From the IMG/VR virus record IMGVR_UViG_3300037400_003286: 64,000 bases of DNA; one strand, written 5' to 3'. Position 1 is the stretch's first letter. The number at the start of each line of letters is the position of its first letter. The notes below the pieces were generated by a model. It did not search any database. It was not told the DNA's origin and saw only the letters and a list, made by a program, of their open reading frames with translations. Positions 38,118-51,184 of the stretch are shown here, in pieces. Both the position numbers and the translations under genes were made by a program. This DNA comes from a virus. Its lineage: Duplodnaviria > Caudoviricetes.

Positions 38118-38573
38118 CTATACGAAACGACATAATGCCCAAATACCAACACCTATAATTCCAGCAAGCGCAAGGAATGTATAAAGAAGTTTTGTCAACG
38201 TCAAACTATATCCAGTAAACACAAACAATACACCATAAGATAAAGATGGGTTATCATTTTCATCGACGAAATTGTTTACCTGTGGCACAAGATAGTCACT
38301 CCATCCCAAATCCTGTCCAAGATACTGAATAACTGGCTTCAATTTTGTCATAACCATTCTGTCAAAATTGTAGTCAGCGTTTCTCAGATCTGTATCTGTG
38401 CAGTTAATCTGGACATATAAAATATTACCCAACCAATTTCTCTTAATACCTAGACTGTTCATTCCAGACTTCGGCTCACTAAGTTCCCTGCTAATATCTT
38501 TCTTGAACCTAAAAAAGTTCTTAAAGTCCATAAAAGCCTGGACAAGTTTATTATCATAAATATCGAATGCCAT
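38118..38573 (-). CDS. Hypothetical protein with a C-terminal membrane anchor
   Basis: Hydrophobic C-terminus. Confidence 0.65.
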   Translation of the reverse strand: MAFDIYDNKLVQAFMDFKNFFRFKKDISRELSEPKSGMNSLGIKRNWLGNILYVQINCTDTDLRNADYNFDRMVMTKLKPVIQYLGQDLGWSDYLVPQVNNFVDENDNPSLSYGVLFVFTGYSLTLTKLLYTFLALAGIIGVGIWALCRFV

Positions 38574-38577
38574 TTTC

Positions 38578-39339
38578 TTAGCTGTTTCTCATTTCTTCAA
38601 ATATGTTATATAACTCATTGTGTTTGTCCATTACTTCATTCGCAAGTTCAGAACAACCTTTTCGAATCCAGTTTTTGACACTTGCAGAAGAAACCTTATT
38701 TTCTTCAGCAATTGTATCAACCTTCTTCTGATTTATATATCTCTCTTTCATAACGATCCTCAAATGATCAGGAAGATAATCCATACATTCTATGGATGCG
38801 TCGTATATATCAGATAACACCTTTGATTTTGTATATGTCTTGAACTCTCCACCGTTAAACGACATATTTTCGATCTCCTCGTCAGAGAACATATCATCAA
38901 ACAAGCATCCTTCATCAGATGATACTATTCTTTCATGAACATCTGAAAGATCTATATTTACTGTGTTTATCTTACTCTTATACCCACCAGACCTGAAATA
39001 TGTCACAGCATCATTATGTGCAATCCTATACATCCATGTTGAAAACTTACCAGCATCATCCTTGAAACTGTCTATTCTGAAATAAACATGTTCCATCGTT
39101 ATACTCAGTATGTTTTCAGTATCTTCCTTGCTTCCTGTCATACCGTAGATATAAGTCCTAAGCCCCCATGAACATCTTTTCATAAGAGCATTGAAATTTT
39201 TCTCACTATGGTCATCAATGAATCTCTGAGCTAGAAGCTGAATATCCTTGTTTTCTTCCTGAATCTTCTTCTTTTTCTCAGCAGGATCTACAACATGACC
39301 AGGATTAAATATACTATTTTTGGACATAGGCTCGCTCAT
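38578..39339 (-). CDS. Phage RNA polymerase sigma-70/ECF-like sigma factor
   Basis: Region 2 KFSTWMYRIAHN; region 4 LPDHLR...IAEENKVSSASVKNWIRKG. Confidence 0.85.
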   Translation of the reverse strand: MSEPMSKNSIFNPGHVVDPAEKKKKIQEENKDIQLLAQRFIDDHSEKNFNALMKRCSWGLRTYIYGMTGSKEDTENILSITMEHVYFRIDSFKDDAGKFSTWMYRIAHNDAVTYFRSGGYKSKINTVNIDLSDVHERIVSSDEGCLFDDMFSDEEIENMSFNGGEFKTYTKSKVLSDIYDASIECMDYLPDHLRIVMKERYINQKKVDTIAEENKVSSASVKNWIRKGCSELANEVMDKHNELYNIFEEMRNS

Positions 39340-39341
39340 AA

Positions 39342-39656
39342 TTACTTCTTTTGTGGTTCAATAGGTACAAAATATTTAAGGAAATTCTCCTTGTTGTTGA
39401 TTACACCCATCAACTGTACAACAACACGATAAGGAAGATATGACAAATCCCTTATAAGCTCATTAATTTGTGCAATAGGCATGATTCTGTTTTCAGCCTG
39501 ATCGATCTTATCAAAGAACTTCTGTGCATCCACATAAGCTACATCAGCCAATACTTTCTTAAGATCATTTACAAACAAATCGGATAACTTATAGTGTTGT
39601 CCATAATTCATTACCTGAGGTTCAGGCATTTCTGAAGATTTTGCAATATTATTCAT
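39342..39656 (-). CDS. Hypothetical protein
   Basis: 104-aa ORF in operon. Confidence 0.65.
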   Translation of the reverse strand: MNNIAKSSEMPEPQVMNYGQHYKLSDLFVNDLKKVLADVAYVDAQKFFDKIDQAENRIMPIAQINELIRDLSYLPYRVVVQLMGVINNKENFLKYFVPIEPQKK

Positions 39657-39666
39657 TTCTGTAAAT

Positions 39667-41451
39667 TTAATTATTTGGTACTATAGATGTTGGTGGTATC
39701 ACCTGTATTCTTCGTATGAAATCATCAGAGAACATTTTATATGAATTCTGCATCAAATAAGAATAGCATCCATCGAATATAAATGTTACACACCAATCGT
39801 GTTCGTTTCTTATTCCTCTACCTACTCCCTGTAGAATCGATATTGCTGTTGTATTGCTATACCATTCTGGGTTTATATTTTTCTTAGCTTTTACGAATTT
39901 GTCAGCCAGGCTAGGGTATGGAACCTTCATTATAATCTGGAACCTACAAAGATCATCATCGAATGACAAACCTTCTATAAGACTTGGGCCGACAAGAACC
40001 TTATCGTTACAATATTTGAAATATTCTATAGCCTCTGTCTTACCCTTTGTATCATCATATAATATCAACCTCTGTCTTACAGCAGGACCTACATAATCAA
40101 TCAGTTGCTTTGCGAACTGATAGCTTCCAGTTTGTATTATACCTCTCTTACCAGCGTACATATTTATCGTTGCTTCTATCAACTCTGCAACTTTAGGAAG
40201 GTTCTGTTCCTTCTCCTTATATGATAGTCTGTAATCTGGAATATAGAATATAGGCGAATTTGTAAAATCGAATGTCGAAGGTATATCTATAGAATGATAA
40301 TTACTGAACGAACATTCTTTTGCAAACGCATCAGCTTCACCTATTGTGGCAGACATATACATCTTGTTTTTACAATGAGCATGAAAATGCTTATTCATAA
40401 GATAAGACTCATTGATACAGTTAAATGTTATATTGTCTGGTGTAGAATCATCATAATTCTTTACAAGATTCTGTATTCCTACACTTTTTATAATCTCAAC
40501 ATAATCAGAGAATGAACTTATATGATTTTCAAGAAATTCACAATTGTATACGAGGTTTTTATCTTCTTTTGATAATGGTTCATTCTGATCCGTTTTCAAA
40601 GAAATATCTCTTTTGATTGTATCTATACCATCGTTCAACACTTTCATCTTTGAATTATATTCTTCAAGATAATCAAGTATAGAAGCATTGTCAGATGTTG
40701 CTACAATTTTCCTTCTGATAAGTTCAATTTCATCAACTATAGTGTCATTATCAAGACCAGACTCAACGATATTCTTCATTTTTCCTATATCGTCTGGTTT
40801 CATTGCTGGAGAAAAATGATTCTGAACTATACCGACAAGCTTGTGTGCCTCATCACATATAGTAAAATCTCTTTCATTAAAAGGTGCTTGCTCTCTTAAA
40901 AGAGCCTTTACAAGATTTTGCTGAATTAACCAGAACGAATATGTACAAACAAGAAGATCAGCACGCATGGCTTTTTCTCTTTCCTGAATATATGGGCATT
41001 CACATGCACATTCAGGAAACTTCTTCATTATATCACCATACGACTTACATCCTTTTAGCTTACATGCACCAGAACTGAAATTAAAGCCATTAACAAGGCA
41101 CTGGTAATTTTGCTGTCCTTTAATAACACTCCAATTCGGGAAATATTTTTCAACATCTCTCGAATACTGATCAATAAGGTTTAGATCCGATGCCAATATA
41201 TAACCAGTCATATCATAGAATCTGGTTAATACTCCAGCTATGGTTAAAGCTGTGATACTCTTACCAGATCCAGTAGGAGCAGAAATAATAACATTATCTG
41301 TTCCGTTCAACCAATTATCAACAGTTGTGGCTACGGCTTCTTTCTGATTTGGTCTGAATCTGAATGTCGGACCGAAAGACTCCATAGCAACAATATCAAT
41401 CTGCTCATTGATCTTATCTATTCCTGGTGATTTAATATTATTCTTATCCAT
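39667..41451 (-). CDS. DinG/XPD-family SF2 DNA helicase
   Basis: APTGSGKS, DEAH, SAT, KVPYP and QGVGRGIR motifs; Cys cluster; start moved to 41451 because the longer ORF start overlaps the promoter. Confidence 0.88.
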   Translation of the reverse strand: MDKNNIKSPGIDKINEQIDIVAMESFGPTFRFRPNQKEAVATTVDNWLNGTDNVIISAPTGSGKSITALTIAGVLTRFYDMTGYILASDLNLIDQYSRDVEKYFPNWSVIKGQQNYQCLVNGFNFSSGACKLKGCKSYGDIMKKFPECACECPYIQEREKAMRADLLVCTYSFWLIQQNLVKALLREQAPFNERDFTICDEAHKLVGIVQNHFSPAMKPDDIGKMKNIVESGLDNDTIVDEIELIRRKIVATSDNASILDYLEEYNSKMKVLNDGIDTIKRDISLKTDQNEPLSKEDKNLVYNCEFLENHISSFSDYVEIIKSVGIQNLVKNYDDSTPDNITFNCINESYLMNKHFHAHCKNKMYMSATIGEADAFAKECSFSNYHSIDIPSTFDFTNSPIFYIPDYRLSYKEKEQNLPKVAELIEATINMYAGKRGIIQTGSYQFAKQLIDYVGPAVRQRLILYDDTKGKTEAIEYFKYCNDKVLVGPSLIEGLSFDDDLCRFQIIMKVPYPSLADKFVKAKKNINPEWYSNTTAISILQGVGRGIRNEHDWCVTFIFDGCYSYLMQNSYKMFSDDFIRRIQVIPPTSIVPNN

Positions 41452-41454
41452 CTG

Positions 41455-41471
41455 TTGCAAATATACAACTT
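41455..41471 (-). promoter_or_regulatory. Early Bacteroidota-type promoter, probably yielding a leaderless mRNA
   Basis: TATATTTG-CAACAG-ATG. Confidence 0.8.
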
Positions 41472-41488
41472 TTTCTTGAAACAAGAAA

Positions 41489-41520
41489 GGATCGATCCTA
41501 TTTTATTTTGGATCGATCCA
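41489..41520 (-). terminator. Hairpin formed by two GGATCGATCC palindromes (terminator after ligA)
   Basis: GGATCGATCC-N11-GGATCGATCC followed by a U-rich tract on the minus strand. Confidence 0.65.
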
Positions 41521-41543
41521 ATCTAAAAACAACAAATATACAA

Positions 41544-44881
<3,338 letters not shown>

Positions 44882-44930
44882 CTTTTATTTTTGTTTTTTT
44901 ACGTGAGTTATTTATTGATATTTTTGTCTG

Positions 44931-44947
44931 TTGCAAATATACAACTT
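44931..44947 (-). promoter_or_regulatory. Early Bacteroidota-type promoter
   Basis: 17-mer copy. Confidence 0.85.
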
Positions 44948-45003
44948 ATTTTCCAAACATAAAAGCTTATTTTGAATAAATAAAGAAAATTGTGACTTAA
45001 AAT

Positions 45004-45228
45004 ATGGCAAACAATGATATGAAATTGGTTGATGTCAATTGCGGAAGAATGATTCCTCAAGGAAACCTCAATCCTAACCAAGCTGGAAGCTATGCAAGTA
45101 TGCGTGCTGAATTAGACAAGAAACAAAACTCAAGTAAATGTTTCCAGTCGTCTACACCTAGCGGATTCAAGCCAGGATATACAACAAAAGGTTTGAATGA
45201 CGTATGCTGGGGATGCGCAACTTTCTAA
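45004..45228 (+). CDS. Small Cys-containing hypothetical protein, probably late
   Basis: Isolated plus-strand ORF after a late-like AATAAATA; ends in CWGCATF. Confidence 0.6.
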   Translation: MANNDMKLVDVNCGRMIPQGNLNPNQAGSYASMRAELDKKQNSSKCFQSSTPSGFKPGYTTKGLNDVCWGCATF

Positions 45229-45330
45229 TATAGTCTAAAAAATATATTATTTCAATACATTTAATCAAAACAAGAAATTCAATAATATCAAAATATCCAG
45301 GACTTCTAAACGATTACATTTGTTTGGACT

Positions 45331-45366
45331 AAAAAATAAAGGTTGGATTAATTTCCAACCTTTTAT
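45331..45366. terminator. Bidirectional terminator after the portal gene
   Basis: AAAGGTTGGA...TCCAACCTTT. Confidence 0.75.
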
Positions 45367-45367
45367 A

Positions 45368-47161
45368 TTATACTGCTGCTTCTGGTGCAGGTTCTGGTTC
45401 AGTTGATATTTCCGCTTCTGGTGCAGGTTCTTCTCCGCCAGCTTCAAATCCTCCACTAGCTTCTTCTCCACCGAAACCTCCAGATTCTCCACCTCCAAAT
45501 CCGAATTCGGATCCTCCACCAAATCCTGTTTGTTGGCCAGCACCACCCTGATTTACAGCATTCTGAGCTTCCTCGTCTTCCTGTTTCTTCATCTTGTCAA
45601 TAAGCTTCCATTCATCATCATTGATGTCGAGATACTTCTGACACAGATATTTCATTGGGAATACTGGCTTACCGTCTGCTCCATTCAATCCAGATAATGT
45701 CTGAATAATCTGAGAAGAAATCTGAAGAACAGCATTTTCCTTTGCAAGCTTGAATATATTTTCCTCTACGAAATCAAGACCAAGAGAATTTTTAATGACA
45801 TCATTTCCAGCAAACTCTGGATTATGAAGTGAGAACTGTAACCATGTTGGTTTTATTACAATCTCCTGGTAAATATCTCTAATCTGATTGATGAAAAGCG
45901 AGAAACGATATTCCTCTCTTGTCATGTTATTATTATCAGGTATTGCTGACATTTCGTTTCCGTCGAAGATCATATTGAAACGATCTTTTGGAAGTTTTGA
46001 CTCAATCATGAATCTCTGCCAGAACCATTTCAACTGTTCTGTTGAATTCATATCGTGTCCCTCAATACCAATCTCACTTATTTCTGTTGTTGTTCCTTCC
46101 TTTGAAGGAAACACCATAGTCTTAGCGAAACTGAACTTAGGTTGTCCATTTACGGTGATTTCACCAGACATATTATCAACAACGATGTCTTCCTTATAAT
46201 AAGCTTCAAGTTGTCTTAATCTTGTCTTAGCCACCTGATCGGACTCTGTTCCGATAGGAACAACAATCTTGATTCTCTTCTGTGCGTTCTGTATGTTCCA
46301 TATGATACGACTGTTCTCTAGTGTTCTAAGCATATTGAAAGAACGTATAAGTCTTTCACAATATGAGAAGTGAGACACGAAGTTTGTCTTAGCCCATGAA
46401 ATATAAATCACGTTTGTATCAAGAAGCTCACGTTCATTCTGCTTATCACCCTTGTTTATGATCCATACTTTATACTCTTGTCCTTTAGAGTTAATTCTTA
46501 TCTCTGGCTGAAGAGTGATTGGATCAAGTTCCTTGAAACCTATAATATCAGAGGCAATGTTCTTATTTGATTTCTTATCAGAGTAGATAATCTCAAATGC
46601 AAGGAATCCATCAACAAGGAATTTCTTCACATAATGCCAAGCATCATTTGATTCGTTGAAATGGAACATGTGATAAATTCTTCTATATGCAGCATTTATC
46701 TCATCAACAATCTTCTTTCCTGACTCTGGCTTGAGTATAGTTCTCAACTGCTTTGTGTTTGGATATGCAAAATAGTGCATCTCATCATTGACAATCACTT
46801 CGTCAGCAATTGTATCCAAAACATAGTCAATCTCACCCTGCAAAGCAAACTTACGAAGAAAATCCCTTCTCATCTGATAAGTTTGATCGTAGAATGCTAT
46901 AAATTTATTGTTACCAGCAAGATTCTCATATTGTCTCGTAAACAAATCATCACCAGCAAACATTGAACGGTTGACGTTTCCTAATCCTGTATCGTTAGCG
47001 GCATCGAAATCATCATTAGTTCTGATTTGCTTGATAAGAGAACTGTTCCATTTTATACCAAGAGCACTAAGGTTGAGAAGGTTTCTCTCAAACGCTCTGT
47101 TTGCTCCCTGGTTTGCCTGTGCAATACTCGAACCAAGAGATTTTAATATATATCGAGGCAT
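45368..47161 (-). CDS. Portal protein (T4 gp20-like)
   Basis: EIDYVLDTIADEVIV, KFLVDG, LIRSFNMLRTLE and TREEYRFSLFI; Gly/Glu-rich tail. Confidence 0.85.
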   Translation of the reverse strand: MPRYILKSLGSSIAQANQGANRAFERNLLNLSALGIKWNSSLIKQIRTNDDFDAANDTGLGNVNRSMFAGDDLFTRQYENLAGNNKFIAFYDQTYQMRRDFLRKFALQGEIDYVLDTIADEVIVNDEMHYFAYPNTKQLRTILKPESGKKIVDEINAAYRRIYHMFHFNESNDAWHYVKKFLVDGFLAFEIIYSDKKSNKNIASDIIGFKELDPITLQPEIRINSKGQEYKVWIINKGDKQNERELLDTNVIYISWAKTNFVSHFSYCERLIRSFNMLRTLENSRIIWNIQNAQKRIKIVVPIGTESDQVAKTRLRQLEAYYKEDIVVDNMSGEITVNGQPKFSFAKTMVFPSKEGTTTEISEIGIEGHDMNSTEQLKWFWQRFMIESKLPKDRFNMIFDGNEMSAIPDNNNMTREEYRFSLFINQIRDIYQEIVIKPTWLQFSLHNPEFAGNDVIKNSLGLDFVEENIFKLAKENAVLQISSQIIQTLSGLNGADGKPVFPMKYLCQKYLDINDDEWKLIDKMKKQEDEEAQNAVNQGGAGQQTGFGGGSEFGFGGGESGGFGGEEASGGFEAGGEEPAPEAEISTEPEPAPEAAV

Positions 47162-47182
47162 TTATATCGTCTTTATTTTAAC

Positions 47183-47191
47183 TATTTATCT
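47183..47191 (-). promoter_or_regulatory. Late promoter AGATAAATA
   Basis: Upstream of the portal gene. Confidence 0.75.
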
Positions 47192-47192
47192 G

Positions 47193-47852
47193 TTAAGCGT
47201 CGCTACCCATAATTACATCGCGCTGAATATTTGCAAGATTTGCACCCCTAACGGAGTCTTTGAATGAGATATATGGTATGTATCCCCATTCATCGTATTC
47301 TATAAGTCTAACGTTAACAATATTACTTCTATTATATGTCCTGACACACTTTGAAAGATCAACTCCAGTCTTAGCTTTCATAAACGATAGAAATGCAGAA
47401 ACACCATTTTCAGATATAAGAAGCGATCCTAATTGTGTATTTGCTCTTACGTCTTTGATATTTGTTGTTTCCATTTCATCATAGAACTTCTGCTGACTCT
47501 CAGTAATAAGATCCATTACCCTGGCCCTTATATCATTAGGTATGAAGTTGAAATTTATTCCAGTAATAAACTTATCATTAACACCTGTACAAAATATAAG
47601 TGGACAAACATCATAAAAGTCATTATGCCCTATTGTCTCTGGTTTGTCGCTCTTAGCATACATAATAAGATAGAACATGGAAGGTACGAACTGATTCTTC
47701 AGCATATCCTCCATGTTATGTGCAGTCAATGTTCTTTGTTTATCGTTTCCTCTTAGATTTTTAGCAAGAAGATCGGTAACAAGAAAGTCAAATGCTTCTT
47801 TCTCCATTTGACCTTTATTTGACTTCATGTATGTTTCAAGATACTTACTCAT
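47193..47852 (-). CDS. DNA end protector-like protein (T4 gp2-like)
   Basis: FYDVCPLIF, GINFNFIP and CVRTY; adjacent to a gp4-like gene. Confidence 0.6.
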   Translation of the reverse strand: MSKYLETYMKSNKGQMEKEAFDFLVTDLLAKNLRGNDKQRTLTAHNMEDMLKNQFVPSMFYLIMYAKSDKPETIGHNDFYDVCPLIFCTGVNDKFITGINFNFIPNDIRARVMDLITESQQKFYDEMETTNIKDVRANTQLGSLLISENGVSAFLSFMKAKTGVDLSKCVRTYNRSNIVNVRLIEYDEWGYIPYISFKDSVRGANLANIQRDVIMGSDA

Positions 47853-48424
47853 TAGATTATACCCATCTTTTCAAGAGTGTCCTCAGTATAAACCTTGAAG
47901 TTAAATCCTTTTTCTTCACACCATTTTATAGCAGCCTCCCATTTTGCCTTATTCTGCAAATAAGTCTTAACTGCATTAACGTATGCTTTCTGTTCCTTTA
48001 GTTTTGATCCGTAAAGTGAAGAAACTGGTCTTTCCGTCTGATACTTAGGCTTTATTTCTATAATTAACTTAAGTTCCTCACCTTCGTCATTCTTCAGATT
48101 AACATAAAAATCTGGATAATAATTAGCAACTGGCCAATTCATAGGATCCTGTGGATTTGCACCGAATTTCTTGCAAGCATCAAAATCAACACCAGCAGGA
48201 TTCCTGTATTGTACACACATAGGTTCACCACCCCATTCTACAACACAAGGATTTCTATCACACCATTGTGCAAATGCAAGCTCCCATCCAGATCTATATA
48301 TGATTTCACCGCCTATAACCTTCTCTGGATGCTGTGGAACATAGACACCCTGATGAGGCTTACCAGAATCATTTTCCATGACTGGCTTAGGTGGATGATT
48401 TTTCTTATATGTCTGTGTGTTCAT
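47852..48424 (-). CDS. Head completion nuclease (T4 gp4 / TnsA-like)
   Basis: IIYRSGWE, YYPDF, IEIKP, NKAKWEAA and FKVYTE motifs. Confidence 0.88.
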   Translation of the reverse strand: MNTQTYKKNHPPKPVMENDSGKPHQGVYVPQHPEKVIGGEIIYRSGWELAFAQWCDRNPCVVEWGGEPMCVQYRNPAGVDFDACKKFGANPQDPMNWPVANYYPDFYVNLKNDEGEELKLIIEIKPKYQTERPVSSLYGSKLKEQKAYVNAVKTYLQNKAKWEAAIKWCEEKGFNFKVYTEDTLEKMGII

Positions 48425-48888
48425 TATGTCTTTCCTATCTTTATTTCCTCAATCCTGATACGATTATTGATAGCAAATATAATACCATCAATTGTCTTGA
48501 TAGTATTATCAAGATACCCAAGATGTGACTCCATGATATCTATGAGATATTTATCATCTGAAAGCTGAGATTCAATCTGTTCTCTTATCGCCGATTCTGT
48601 TGAAAACATAAATGTTGTAGCACCTTGTGCTGTCTTCATAAGACGAATCTCTTTATACAGTCTTGCTGAGTTTTCTTTGTACTTTTTTGAATATTTAGCA
48701 ATAGTGGCCGCAAGAGAATGATAATTCTCTACGGCCTCCTGTCTTTTGGTATAAACAACACCCTGAAGATTGACAACCGTATCAATAGATTTAAGGCTAT
48801 TGTTCATATCCTCTATCCATTTGATCCAATAATCACGTCTTTCTGTAAATTTGTTTTCTATAGCTTCAAATTTATTCTCCATCATCAA
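48424..48888 (-). CDS. Probable UvsY-like recombination mediator
   Basis: Helical 154-aa ORF right after uvsX; C-terminal FAINNRI. Confidence 0.55.
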   Translation of the reverse strand: MMMENKFEAIENKFTERRDYWIKWIEDMNNSLKSIDTVVNLQGVVYTKRQEAVENYHSLAATIAKYSKKYKENSARLYKEIRLMKTAQGATTFMFSTESAIREQIESQLSDDKYLIDIMESHLGYLDNTIKTIDGIIFAINNRIRIEEIKIGKT

Positions 48889-50098
48889 CGTTTAAAAGTT
48901 CCTCAATATCATCATTACCAGTATTTGATGGTAATTCAAAACTTGGTCTGATTATAGTTTCATCCAGGTTTTTTAAAACTTCTTCTGTGAGAACTTTCGA
49001 TGAGAATAATTCTACAGCAGGTAACTCACAACCAAGATGTTTTACAACTATGTTCTTTGATGTTTCTTTGGGATAAGCGTAACAAAGTTTTCCTTCAGAA
49101 TCCTTCATCTCACAACAAAGATTCTTTTCAAGGTCAGAAAGTTTATTATATTCTTTCTCTGTAATGAGTTTTCCTCTCATTATACCAGAATTATCCCAAG
49201 TTATATAAGATTCAAGACCAACATAAGGATTTGGTGCTTTAAAGAATGGTATCTGGAATCTAACTTTCTGTGGAATGGTGAATCTTGACTTCTCTGGCTT
49301 TGCTGTTACAACGACACCTGTTTTTACAAAATCACCAACTTTATTTTCAGCGATCTTATCTGATTGTTTATCTTCAAGTTTAGCTGTTGATAATAACAAT
49401 GTAACAGATGCATTAAAATTAATACCAGAACCTCCAGATACTACTGTTTTTGCAAACAGATCCTGTGTTCTATAAATATGGGCATTAACAATAAACGGTG
49501 CTTGAATTTTTCCGAGTGCTGTAGCATTTGTTCTAAAAAGGGCCTTAACAGCTTGAGCACGAGTCATATCCCTTTTATCGTTACCATCAATTGTATCATT
49601 AAGCTCTTTATCTGATGTTAAGTTTCCAAGAGAATCAAGAACAAATATTACCTTTGGTCTTTCTTCTTCTGGCATATCAAGAATTGATTTACAAGTACGA
49701 GCTATAAATGTTGATACTTCCGATACAGTGGTTACTTGTTTAATGATGAAATTATTTGGATCCGCTCCAAGCTTAGAAACCTGGTCCAGATCTATAGCAG
49801 ATTCAGAATCCAAATATATCGGTGTATATCCTTTCTTTTGAGCATTTCTACATACACTTATAGCAAGGAACGTTTTTCCAGTTCCAGGATCTCCAGCCAA
49901 AACAGTACATCTTCCAGCAGGAACACCCTTTAAAAGTGAACCAGATATGCAAGCATTAAGAATATAGCTACCAGTATCAATATAGTCACTGATAACTGCT
50001 GTCTTACTTTTACCAAGAATCTCTGCCGATTCATCAAAACTTTTTACGATATCGAAAATCGATCCACCAGCAGATTTAGTTGTCGTTTTCTTTGCCAT
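48872..50098 (-). CDS. uvsX: RecA-like recombinase (UvsX)
   Basis: IDTGSYILN, GDPGTGKT, DSE, LDSLGNL, DMTRA and SGGSG motifs. Confidence 0.92.
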   Translation of the reverse strand: MAKKTTTKSAGGSIFDIVKSFDESAEILGKSKTAVISDYIDTGSYILNACISGSLLKGVPAGRCTVLAGDPGTGKTFLAISVCRNAQKKGYTPIYLDSESAIDLDQVSKLGADPNNFIIKQVTTVSEVSTFIARTCKSILDMPEEERPKVIFVLDSLGNLTSDKELNDTIDGNDKRDMTRAQAVKALFRTNATALGKIQAPFIVNAHIYRTQDLFAKTVVSGGSGINFNASVTLLLSTAKLEDKQSDKIAENKVGDFVKTGVVVTAKPEKSRFTIPQKVRFQIPFFKAPNPYVGLESYITWDNSGIMRGKLITEKEYNKLSDLEKNLCCEMKDSEGKLCYAYPKETSKNIVVKHLGCELPAVELFSSKVLTEEVLKNLDETIIRPSFELPSNTGNDDIEELLNVDDGE

Positions 50099-50121
50099 TT
50101 TTCTATAATTGTTTATTTAAT

Positions 50122-50436
50122 TTATTTCTTATCTTTTCTCTCCTTGATTTCTATAAAGTTATCTTTTAAGAAACATCTGAAATCATCGCACTTCAAATCG
50201 TAGTAATAAAAACAGTCCTTACTTAGATTCTTCTTTCTCTCATCATCCTTATCTGTTTCTGGCAGGAGTTCATCCTTCAGCGTACCTTTTGCCTTTCTGA
50301 CACTTCCATCCTTCTTCTTGTAGCTAAATTCAACAACACCAGCCTTTAGTAGTTTCTTAAGTCTTGAGAGGTCTTTGGCTCTCTTTTCACGAATCTGTTG
50401 TTTCTCAGATTTCTTTTCATCAAGTCGAATAATCAT
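50122..50436 (-). CDS. WYL_2/DUF2693 SH3-like protein
   Basis: FSYKKKDGSVRKAKGTL...YYYDL...FRCF; start placed just after the middle promoter. Confidence 0.75.
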   Translation of the reverse strand: MIIRLDEKKSEKQQIREKRAKDLSRLKKLLKAGVVEFSYKKKDGSVRKAKGTLKDELLPETDKDDERKKNLSKDCFYYYDLKCDDFRCFLKDNFIEIKERKDKK

Positions 50437-50442
50437 ACGCTT

Positions 50443-50479
50443 TATATTATTATACGTTAAATGAGCGAAATTGATTAAA
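50443..50479 (-). promoter_or_regulatory. Middle-type promoter TTTAAT-N19-TATAATAATATA
   Basis: Conserved 14-mer and spacing. Confidence 0.75.
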
Positions 50480-50545
50480 CTTCGTTCAAAGTATTTATCC
50501 GTTTTTAAGGTCATTTCATAAAATACACAGCTTTGGTTTATTTTC

Positions 50546-50554
50546 AGATAAATA
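50546..50554 (+). promoter_or_regulatory. Late promoter AGATAAATA(GTGAAAAAGA)
   Basis: Extended identity with the copy at 53203. Confidence 0.75.
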
Positions 50555-50579
50555 GTGAAAAAGATAAAAACGATAGACA

Positions 50580-51173
50580 ATGACAGAATCAGAAGTTAGA
50601 TCAAAATGCACAAAGTTCTCGATAAAGAATTTCGTTGCCGATCTTCCAAGAATGCTGAATGAAGCTTTCAGTACAATATGTGACTGTATTTTCAGCTTCT
50701 ATAATGCAGACAACGGTGACATCCATCTTAAAAACATAGCAAAGCTTGAAGCCAGCTATATTGATGCAACCACAGTTGTTGCACAGAACCTGAGATTCAA
50801 AGGTTCTGACGGAACGATGTACAATTACAATGATATTGGAAGTATCCTTGAAAAAATAGAAAAGAAGATTAGCTCTATCAGCAATATATCCAAGTCACAA
50901 ATTGATTCACTTGATGTATATCCATTCCAACCCTGGCCTTTGTATGCTGATTTCTATATGATTAGACCTACAAGTCCAGAGCCAGGATGTAAAGTTCTTT
51001 CTGAATTCGGACTTACAATATGGGATGAAGATCCAGAAACACACGAATATGACTGGTTTGATACTCCAGTTGAGGACGGAGTGACATATCTTTGTGGATA
51101 CGATCTTCACATATACAAGAGAGATAAGGAAACAAGTCGTTGGATTGATCTTGGTAGTTACAAAAATAATTAA
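50580..51173 (+). CDS. Hypothetical late/virion protein
   Basis: First gene of a late operon. Confidence 0.65.
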   Translation: MTESEVRSKCTKFSIKNFVADLPRMLNEAFSTICDCIFSFYNADNGDIHLKNIAKLEASYIDATTVVAQNLRFKGSDGTMYNYNDIGSILEKIEKKISSISNISKSQIDSLDVYPFQPWPLYADFYMIRPTSPEPGCKVLSEFGLTIWDEDPETHEYDWFDTPVEDGVTYLCGYDLHIYKRDKETSRWIDLGSYKNN

Positions 51174-51184
51174 TTAATTTTAAG

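Noticed and set aside
41452-41484. ORF-track N-terminal extensions of the helicase, and likewise of ORFs 50122..50580 and 53212..55569
   Set aside because: The extensions run through or abut conserved promoter motifs, so downstream ATGs are more plausible starts.
45370-45560. Repeats at the portal 3' end as a separate element
   Set aside because: They encode the low-complexity Gly/Glu/Pro tail of the portal protein.
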